Below are positions 1-7,767 of a DNA stretch of 32,716 nt, one piece after another (positions within the stretch are counted from its first letter, which is position 1; each line of letters opens with the position of its first letter). The notes under the pieces are model-generated. The model was not told the DNA's origin. It worked only from the letters and a program-made list of their open reading frames with translations, and ran no database searches. Source of the DNA: Candidatus Thorarchaeota archaeon (GTDB taxonomy: Archaea > Asgardarchaeota > Thorarchaeia > Thorarchaeales > Thorarchaeaceae); assembly GCA_003345595.1 (NCBI GenBank), contig PRDI01000042.1:1-32716 (forward strand), given 5' to 3'. The position numbers were made by a program, and so were the translations under genes.

Positions 1-263
1 CTAAACAATGAGGATTTCGTTGAGCCCTGCTCACCATAACTACCGGTATAGGATGAGGTACATTAGGGGCTAGAGAGAATACCATTAGAACAAGGAAGAG
101 CAGTTCGTATTCAGGGTCGTAGTTCGATTAGAATGTCTGCGTCTAGTCCATGATTCTTGCTCTTTGACGGTTCTCAATGAGCTGCATAAAGGTGCTAATT
201 GCATTTTGCCCCCGGAGAAGCCCGTCCGAAGCTCGAAGAAATGCTAACATTCAAAGTCCAAGT

Positions 264-866
<603 letters not shown>

Positions 867-1035
867 CCTGAGTTTTTGAATTCATCTATGCAGGGTGACA
901 CAAAAGGGCGGACATGGGTGCGCGCCGCACGAGACATCTATCATCTGCACACAATTCCTTACACGGAAAGAATGAGGAACGTGTCGGTGAGAGCTGGATT
1001 CGTTCTGCGTCGTGGCTCTGCATAACAGAAAGAGA

Positions 1036-1071
1036 TGGTAGCGGGGTCGATTTGAACGACCGGTCTCAGGG
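1036..1071 (-). repeat. tRNA-iMet 3' fragment repeat, truncated at anticodon stem
   Basis: tggtagcggggtcgatttgaacgaccggtctcaggg. Confidence 0.9.
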
Positions 1072-1188
1072 CGTTTCAGACATCTGTCATCGAAACCAAA
1101 GAGACAACATGACAGGGTGCGAGGGAGCGTCTGATGGACAGCGAATCTTCATATCTCTCAGAACACAATACGTTTTGAGGGAAGCATA

Positions 1189-1719
1189 TTGAGGCAAGGG
1201 GAGCGGTCGGATAACATCTACGTCGTCGTGGACTCATCCAAAATAGCTCGATGTGCTTGGTGCGGCACTATGGAGAGCAAGAACTGGAGGGTCTCCCGCT
1301 ATGGTCTCTACTGCTCGCATGCGTGTTCTTTTGCAGCCGGTGCGCCGGTCTTAATCTGTACGAGTGTTTTCTTTCTAGCCCTGGGTTTCGGTATAGTAAT
1401 GACGGTTGGCTGGGGGGCCGTCGGTATCTTTTCTTGTTTCCTGATGTTGGCGTTGCCTCCACTCTGCTGCGGCCTACAGGGGCAGAGCCACAGACGATCA
1501 GTGCCGAGGAATTCAATGGCAGACGAAGTCTCCCTTCATACTGCATTGCTCGCAACAGTGGCAACTTCCGTAGTGTGTCCTAGGTGTGATGCAGAACTAG
1601 ACCTGCGGAGCATCGGCAAGGACAGGGTCTATGCGTGTGGTTACTGTGGGACCACAGGTACCATCGCAGTCATCGACAAGAGCAAACAGAGAGGAAGTAG
1701 TGGCGGTCAGTCGGACTGA
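1189..1719 (+). CDS. Zn-finger/Zn-ribbon membrane protein (paralog of 28216-28743)
   Basis: CxxC...CxxxC, two TM segments, C-terminal CPRC...CGYC; TTG start and upstream gaatcttcatat shared with the paralog. Confidence 0.8.
   Translation: MRQGERSDNIYVVVDSSKIARCAWCGTMESKNWRVSRYGLYCSHACSFAAGAPVLICTSVFFLALGFGIVMTVGWGAVGIFSCFLMLALPPLCCGLQGQSHRRSVPRNSMADEVSLHTALLATVATSVVCPRCDAELDLRSIGKDRVYACGYCGTTGTIAVIDKSKQRGSSGGQSD
1697..1719 (-). repeat. Highly degenerate repeat copy at the 3' end of the Zn-ribbon gene
   Basis: gtagtggcggtcagtcggac lies at the position homologous to the copies at 26616 and 28722 (same gacaagagcaaacagagaggaagt context). Confidence 0.6.
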
Positions 1720-1722
1720 TAT

Positions 1723-2244
1723 CTACACCTTGGCTTCATCCTGCTTCTCAACACCCGGGAGTGCCAACCAGACAAGCCTACCGAGCACTCCATTTGGAAT
1801 CGATGTGATCAGGACTGATAGCCCAAACAATGCAATCGAGGCCTCTAGATTGCTGGCAAAATGCCCGCCGGGTTGGATCCCTGCCAGTAGCGCCATAAAG
1901 AGAATTACCGGCAGCTGCATGATGCAGAGGAGCGCGAACAGGGCTGCTCCATCTCTGAGAGCCACTTCGGTTTCTTGCCGTGTCTGTTTAGTCTGAGTAG
2001 ACCACAGGCGTGCGGCTATTGCAGAGTTGACTGCCCCCAGAACAATAAACCCTCCTAGGAAGCCATACACAGTCGCAATCAGGGCCAAGATCGGCTCATA
2101 GGTGAGCGGACGAGGTTCGTAGCTCAATATCCAATCAGCGGAAAAAGCAAGGGGCCAGAGTCCGGCCAACAGTACCGAGAAGAGAATCCCGTGCAGGAAG
2201 TGTCTGCCTACGGACAATGCGCCGAACATGCCTCTCTCACTCAT
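1723..2244 (-). CDS. Hypothetical membrane protein
   Basis: 173 aa, about 4 hydrophobic segments, ggtga RBS upstream. Confidence 0.7.
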   Translation of the reverse strand: MSERGMFGALSVGRHFLHGILFSVLLAGLWPLAFSADWILSYEPRPLTYEPILALIATVYGFLGGFIVLGAVNSAIAARLWSTQTKQTRQETEVALRDGAALFALLCIMQLPVILFMALLAGIQPGGHFASNLEASIALFGLSVLITSIPNGVLGRLVWLALPGVEKQDEAKV

Positions 2245-2409
2245 CGTATATCACCATGCGAATAGATGAAATACGCCCAGTACCGGAGATCGCTGTATTC
2301 CTATGAACTTTCCGTAGCAAAGGCAGGCCGTAATGACACTTCGGAAACGCTCCGTTTCCGGAAGGGACAAAGATGGGTCTTGACGGGACAGGATCCGAAA
2401 TCAGAGCCG

Positions 2410-2416
2410 TTTAATA
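2410..2416 (+). promoter_or_regulatory. Archaeal TATA box, probably for a leaderless transcript
   Basis: tttaata about 22-28 nt upstream of ATG 2438. Confidence 0.5.
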
Positions 2417-2437
2417 CCTGTAGTCCAAGGTCAACAT

Positions 2438-2641
2438 ATGCCAAGTGTTGACGTCAAGGTGTGGAAAGGCCTGTCAGAAGACGCTGCAGAGCATATCATC
2501 TCGGGGATCACCAAGGTCTTTGTTGAGTTAGGAATCCCCGAGCGAGCCGTCGAAGTCATCATTCATGAGATCCCAAAGACGCACTGGGGTGTCGGGGGGA
2601 GGCCCGCCTCCAAAGCGATGGCAGACGCACGGCCTCCCTAA
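2438..2641 (+). CDS. 4-oxalocrotonate tautomerase family protein
   Basis: 67 aa, catalytic Pro after Met, VEVIIHEIPKTHWGVGG motif. Confidence 0.9.
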   Translation: MPSVDVKVWKGLSEDAAEHIISGITKVFVELGIPERAVEVIIHEIPKTHWGVGGRPASKAMADARPP

Positions 2642-2932
2642 GCACTCCCTCAGTAGTCACCCCGGCTTGCTCACAGTTAGCAGTAGGTTGCATCCGGTGT
2701 GAAGTTCCTGTAGGCTGCTGCAAGAGGAATGGAGAGAGAGGTCCACGCTTTCCAGTTCACTTCCAGCGAAACACAATTCCTAGTGGCTGGTGCAGGAAGA
2801 CGGCGGCGTGAGGTCCATTCTCTTAATACCACTCCCCAGCAGGTTACGCTCTTGGACAGTGTACGAAATCGAGAGGTTTCTTCTATGCTCTCGATGACAG
2901 ATGGCCGTAAGGAGGAGCAGTTGGAAAGGAGA

Positions 2933-2974
2933 TTGCAGCGGGCCCTCGATTTGAACGACCGGTCTCAGGGTATG
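2933..2974 (-). repeat. tRNA-iMet 3' fragment repeat, T-arm/acceptor half of a split copy
   Basis: ttgcagcgggccctcgatttgaacgaccggtctcagggtatg; the other arm resumes at 3191. Confidence 0.85.
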
Positions 2975-2988
2975 CAACAGCTGCGTAG

Positions 2989-3147
2989 AAGTTGGACAAT
3001 CTTGGACATTTTCGAGTAGGGGCTTGAATAGCTCGAATCAGACGTCTCTTTGAGGCTGGCTCGACACAATCCAGCCTCAAGGAGTACGACCCCAGTGCCG
3101 TTTCTGGGAGGACAAAGACTCCTGTGTCCAACTCTGTCCAACTTACA
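2989..3147. mobile_element. Non-coding palindromic MITE-like element inside the split repeat
   Basis: Inverted repeats aagttggacaatcttggaca (2989-3008) and tgtccaactctgtccaactt (3125-3144), 17/20 match; central 14-bp stem 3046-3059/3071-3084. Confidence 0.55.
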
Positions 3148-3190
3148 ATGAACGGCTCTACTCATCCAGCTCCGATTGAGCTCTAGAAGC

Positions 3191-3204
3191 GAGCCCTGCG
3201 GGAT
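3191..3204 (-). repeat. Detached anticodon-stem arm of the split repeat
   Basis: gagccctgcgggat followed by the usual tatatgat flank. Confidence 0.75.
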
Positions 3205-3292
3205 TATATGATGGTTGCAGAAGATACTCTGTCTGCACTGCTGTCTCACCTTCTGCACCATGATTGTCATCCTTTGCCATTCGTGGCGGCAG

Positions 3293-4162
3293 CTATTCGC
3301 GCAAGAAATCGACCATTACCCTGTTGACCTCCTCCGGGTAGTCACGCTGAGTCCAGTGCCCGGCTCCCTCGATGATGTGCAGCTTGGCATTCGGGATACG
3401 CCCCGCTGCTTCTCTGGCATACTTCACGGGCACACCGATGTCCGCCGTTCCGTGCACGATTAGCGTCGGTACCTTAATCTCGCCCAAGCGCGGCACGTAG
3501 CAAGTCTTCACCCCTGTCCAGCGCGCCTCGTCCCTCTGGAACTGCGCGAACATCTTCCCGGCATTTGGATTCCTGAGCGCCACCACTGCCTCATCGATCA
3601 GCGCTTCAGTCAATGAAGCCGGGTCGCGGATAATTGTCTTCATCGTTTCTCTGATCATCCAGCGCGAAGAGCGGACCATCGCATAGAAGAGATTGTTGAC
3701 CAGCGGCAGCTTGACTAGTAGAACGCTGAAGAAGTGAGCCGATGTCTTGTCCTGCAAGCCGTAGGTCCCAATCAAGATGAGCTTTTCAACACGCTCCGGG
3801 TGCGCCAGCGTGAAACCCAACGCTGCCCCCCCGCCCATCGAGATGCCTGCCAGCGACGCCTCTTTCAACCCCCAAGCCTCCAGCAGACCTGTAGTGACCT
3901 CTATCAGCAGTTCCTGTGTGAATGGCTTTGGAGGAGGGGGACTGCTGCCATAGCCCGGCCAGTCCGGCAGGTACACTTGGAACCCTGCCTCGACCAGCGC
4001 CGGGACGGTATCCCGCCAAGACAGCATGGCCGAGTCCACTCCGCCACCGTGCAGCAACACCACTGGCTTGCCTTTCTTTCCACCGAAGAGATAGGTATTG
4101 ACCTCATATCCCCCCGGGAGGGATACGGTTTCCTGCTGTCCCTGCGGCACGGATATTATCAT
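3293..4162 (-). CDS. Alpha/beta fold hydrolase
   Basis: LLHGGG, DWPGYGSS, nucleophile GISMGG, HGTAD, catalytic GAGHW. Confidence 0.95.
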   Translation of the reverse strand: MIISVPQGQQETVSLPGGYEVNTYLFGGKKGKPVVLLHGGGVDSAMLSWRDTVPALVEAGFQVYLPDWPGYGSSPPPPKPFTQELLIEVTTGLLEAWGLKEASLAGISMGGGAALGFTLAHPERVEKLILIGTYGLQDKTSAHFFSVLLVKLPLVNNLFYAMVRSSRWMIRETMKTIIRDPASLTEALIDEAVVALRNPNAGKMFAQFQRDEARWTGVKTCYVPRLGEIKVPTLIVHGTADIGVPVKYAREAAGRIPNAKLHIIEGAGHWTQRDYPEEVNRVMVDFLRE

Positions 4163-4321
4163 TTGGTTCTCCTACCTTGGTATGTTTTCGCGTCTTGCGT
4201 CCTCTCTTCTCTCCAGTCTTCATGCATTCACTGGTGCACGGGAGTCGCTACCTTTTCTGTATTGTCGTTCGGTGAGAATCGGGACGGTGATTGTTTCGTC
4301 CACGAGATGATGAGAATGATA

Positions 4322-4376
4322 TGGTAGCGGGGGTCGATTTGAAAGACTGATCTCAGGGTCATGAGTCCTGCGGGAT
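4322..4376 (-). repeat. tRNA-iMet 3' fragment repeat, full length
   Basis: tggtagcgggggtcgatttgaaagactgatctcagggtcatgagtcctgcgggat. Confidence 0.95.
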
Positions 4377-4492
4377 GATATGAGCTTGTAAGCGGCAGCT
4401 GCGATTGCACCATGAATTCGTGGTTTCTTGGTTGCGTGTTTCACGGGGATTTATACAGCAGAAGAACGATCCGAAGACTGAGGGGTTCCCGA

Positions 4493-4612
4493 ATGGAATC
4501 AGAAGAAATCATGAAGACTGTAGATGATGTAATCGAGCTAGTGAAGGACGTACCTGAGCCGTGCCGTCTGACAGATTTCCCGACCAGACCCCCAGAAGAC
4601 ACAGGAGGATAA
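4493..4612 (+). CDS. Possible small protein (39 aa, MESEEIMKTVDD...)
   Basis: tttata box near 4450 and gagggg RBS-like sequence; no recognisable family. Confidence 0.3.
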   Translation: MESEEIMKTVDDVIELVKDVPEPCRLTDFPTRPPEDTGG

Positions 4613-4725
4613 CAGTCTGCTTGCTGATTTTCACATTGACCCTACCAAGGATCCGGCTCATGATTTCCGAGAGAACTGGATATATCGGGCTTCGCGGCGC
4701 TGAAACATGCTGGAGGAACAGGTCT

Positions 4726-5574
4726 ATGAGGTATGGCATCTCAATAGAGAACTTCGGATGGTTTGGGGACATCAACCTCATGCTCAAGTTCGCGGTCGAA
4801 GCAGAGAAGGCAGGCTGGGATGGTTTCTTTCTTTGGGACCATCTTCAGATATTCCCGCCAAGCGAGGCCATGCCCTTCATAGATTCTTGGATGGCCCTCG
4901 CTTCGATAGCCGTGAAGACGAAGAAGATGCGACTTGGGCCAATGGTGACACCGCTTCCCAGAAGAAGACCGTGGAAGCTCGCGAGGGAGGCAGCGACACT
5001 GGATCATCTGTCTAATGGTCGGTTAACACTAGGTGTCGGTATTGGTGCGCCGCCTAATCCTGAGTTCGCGTCCTTCGGGGAAGACACGAATCCGCGCACA
5101 CGAGCAGAGAAGCTTGACGAAGGTCTTGATGTGATCACTGGACTATGGTCTGGTGAAGCGTTCTCCTATGAGGGCAAGCACTACCATGTGCATGAGGCTC
5201 GATTCCTGCCCAAGCCCAAGCAACAGCCGCGAGTTCCCATATGGATCGGCGGAGGGTGGCCGAAGACAAGCCCTTTCAGACGGGCGGCCAAGTACGATGG
5301 TGTAGTACCTGTTCACACAGACTGGCCCAAGAGAATAACCACTGCCAATCTTGAAGAGATACTCCGACTAATTGAGTCTGAGAGAGGAAATCTTCGTGAC
5401 TATGATGTTGCAGTATCAGGTCACACTGCCGGCAACGATTCCACGGAAGACCGCGAACTCATGCAGTCTTGGATTGATGCTGGCGCGACTTGGTGGCTGG
5501 AGGAAATCGAGAGTCTGCGTGGCGGCCTCGAAGAGCTGAGAGAGAGGGTCGAAAGAGGTCCTCCTCAAGCTTGA
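4726..5574 (+). CDS. LLM-class (luciferase-like) flavin-dependent oxidoreductase
   Basis: AEKAGWDGFFLWDH, LDHLSNGRLTLGVG, PKPKQQPRVPIWIGG; start moved to ATG 4726 after a ggagga RBS. Confidence 0.93.
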   Translation: MRYGISIENFGWFGDINLMLKFAVEAEKAGWDGFFLWDHLQIFPPSEAMPFIDSWMALASIAVKTKKMRLGPMVTPLPRRRPWKLAREAATLDHLSNGRLTLGVGIGAPPNPEFASFGEDTNPRTRAEKLDEGLDVITGLWSGEAFSYEGKHYHVHEARFLPKPKQQPRVPIWIGGGWPKTSPFRRAAKYDGVVPVHTDWPKRITTANLEEILRLIESERGNLRDYDVAVSGHTAGNDSTEDRELMQSWIDAGATWWLEEIESLRGGLEELRERVERGPPQA

Positions 5575-5642
5575 GAGCAAACACGCTGGGCTCTGCCATA
5601 ACTATGGAAACCCTTTCGAACCATGACCAATCAGTTGAGAAG

Positions 5643-5697
5643 TGGTATCGGCGGTCGATCTGAACGACCGATTTCAGGGTCATGAGCTCTGCGGGAT
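5643..5697 (-). repeat. tRNA-iMet 3' fragment repeat, full length
   Basis: tggtatcggcggtcgatctgaacgaccgatttcagggtcatgagctctgcgggat. Confidence 0.95.
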
Positions 5698-5717
5698 TGT
5701 ATAATCTGGACGGCCCG

Positions 5718-6437
5718 CTATGCTGGTATCTGTCCTTGCTCCATGGTCCTAACGTATCTACGCCTCGAGAAGTACGTGAAAAGACCGAGTTGGAGGAGGC
5801 CTAAGGCAGCGGAAGCCAATAGAAACACGCTTGACAGTCGGGCAAGATTGATGTAGCCCACGAGCGCTAGGTCCCCGAAGATGAGCAGGTACGCAACGCG
5901 CTGAGCCAATACCCAGACGACGATGGTCAAGACGAGCACGGAATAGGAGGAGTTCGTTATCGTATTATTACGGATTGTTCTACCCACCCGAAGGAATGGA
6001 ATCGCAACGGTACAGTAGAAACCCGCCACGAATGACGAGCTCGCGAGTAGGGACTGAGTGATACTCTCATAGATGCCCAGCATTAGCACGATGGTGAGCA
6101 CTCCTCCAATAAGCAGTGTCACGAACCATGCATGGTCCCACAGTTTCCAGTAGAAAGGTTCCTGGAGTTCCCGCGCATTGGCGCCGGCAGTTTCAGGACT
6201 TGCTCTCCCTGGCACTTGAGTAGAGGGTGACTGCCTGACCCCCCTCTCGCGAAGAATCTCGCCCACTTCGGTGTAGAGGCCAAAGAGAATCAGGCCAAAG
6301 AACAAGATCTGAACGGTGATCATTCCGTCTACGTCGAATCCGAAGCGGAACAAGTCTGGCGAGAAGATTCCGCCGAGTACGCCCGCGGCCAGTGTGGTCG
6401 CAGCGAGCAGCCACGATGACTTCGCTTCCTCATTCAC
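5718..6437 (-). CDS. Multi-pass membrane protein, cassette family A (1 of 3)
   Basis: Paralogous to 21057-21824 and 23237-23953 (TLAAG.LG..S..LF..G..VDG.I, AQR.AYL); probable GTG start at 6437 after gggagg. Confidence 0.8.
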   Translation of the reverse strand: MNEEAKSSWLLAATTLAAGVLGGIFSPDLFRFGFDVDGMITVQILFFGLILFGLYTEVGEILRERGVRQSPSTQVPGRASPETAGANARELQEPFYWKLWDHAWFVTLLIGGVLTIVLMLGIYESITQSLLASSSFVAGFYCTVAIPFLRVGRTIRNNTITNSSYSVLVLTIVVWVLAQRVAYLLIFGDLALVGYINLARLSSVFLLASAALGLLQLGLFTYFSRRRYVRTMEQGQIPA

Positions 6438-6564
6438 GTCCTGCGTCCTCCCTCGTTTCCAATCTTCATGCATCTGCTGGTCTGAGGGACCAATTGGCTT
6501 TTCTGCATTGTCTTTCGATGAGTCTGGAACGGGGTCACGCTGTCCTTGAGCTGAGGAAAAGAGA

Positions 6565-6615
6565 TGGTATCGGGCGGCCGATCTGAACGACCAATCTCAG
6601 GGTCATGAACCCTGC
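6565..6615 (-). repeat. tRNA-iMet 3' fragment repeat
   Basis: tggtatcgggcggccgatctgaacgaccaatctcagggtcatgaaccctgc. Confidence 0.93.
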
Positions 6616-6841
6616 AGACGCGATGAGATTTGCTAGCGCACTCGTCAGTGACACACGCGACCCGCGTCTGCGCGATAGACATGGGTAATGCATCATGGCA
6701 GACATAGTGCAACGGCAGGAGCAAGTTCCCTGGTAATGGGAAACCGTCCTGACTTCGAAGTCATCCAATGTGGATAACGAAGGAGCCATAATGGCTGCTC
6801 TGAGCCATTCTCTTTTACGTATCTCAGCCTCAACCAAAGAC

Positions 6842-7330
6842 ATGACACAGGTGGATACACGAGCTGATGAGCTCACCGAGTTGATCAGACAAATACGCGG
6901 TGCTCGGCCAAATCCAAAGAAGCTGAAAGCTCTGCTTGAGAAGTATGAGAGAGAGTTCGGGTTTGAGGCAGAGAAACAGGCTCTAGATATTATAGCGAAG
7001 ACAACCACAAGAGCATGGTCTAAACTCGCGGAGGAAAGAGAGAGTCGCGGCATTGATGACCTTCTTGATATGCTGTGGGGGTCTTTTGAACAAGCAGGGG
7101 GTGTCTTTACTGTTGAAAGAACTGAGGACTCTGCGCAGATTCACTGCACGAGATGCCCAATAGCAGATTCGTATCTCAGCATTGGTAAACCCAAGTACGG
7201 GCTAATATTCCACTGTAGTACGGATCCACACATTGTTGCAGGGTTCAATCCGGAGATAGAGTTCAGAGTAACGAAGAGGCTCATGAGTGGGGATGACTGC
7301 TGTGATCACTATTATCGCTTGAGAAGGTGA
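6842..7330 (+). CDS. L-2-amino-thiazoline-4-carboxylic acid hydrolase-like family protein
   Basis: CP.A....G....G..F.C..D......FNPEIEF...K.LM.GDDCCDH pattern; start uncertain (6770-6842). Confidence 0.8.
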   Translation: MTQVDTRADELTELIRQIRGARPNPKKLKALLEKYEREFGFEAEKQALDIIAKTTTRAWSKLAEERESRGIDDLLDMLWGSFEQAGGVFTVERTEDSAQIHCTRCPIADSYLSIGKPKYGLIFHCSTDPHIVAGFNPEIEFRVTKRLMSGDDCCDHYYRLRR

Positions 7331-7451
7331 ACTGCTCCAATTATCCGCGTTTTCAGAGAACCTCGGTGTATCAACAGGTTCACGAGTGGGAAGTTCTCCA
7401 CAAGACGACCGTATTCGAGTCTGACAATACTTAGAAAACCGAGAAAGGAAA

Positions 7452-7506
7452 TGGTAGCGGGGGTCGATCTGAACAACCGGTTTCAGGATCATGAGCCCTG
7501 CGGCAT
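7452..7506 (-). repeat. tRNA-iMet 3' fragment repeat, full length
   Basis: tggtagcgggggtcgatctgaacaaccggtttcaggatcatgagccctgcggcat. Confidence 0.93.
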
Positions 7507-7767
7507 TGTGTGTTGGAGGCCGGTGCCGTAGCTATTCACGTTGGGGTGAATCTGGAGCCCATGTTGAGTGATTACTATAGACTGCGTGGGTGGAACCTAG
7601 AAAACGGACTTCCCACGGACGATACATTGCGAAGACTATCTCTCAAGTGGACTCGTACCAGCTTCCTACGGAAGTAGCCAATCCCAGCCGACCGAATAGG
7701 ATATAGACAAATGCCCGTATCTGGAAATAGGCATTTTAAGCATGCCATCAGGGAGAGCTCTCAGATA

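Noticed and set aside
108-122. ttcagggtcgt as another repeat remnant
   Set aside because: The match is too short and lacks the T-arm and the opposite stem.
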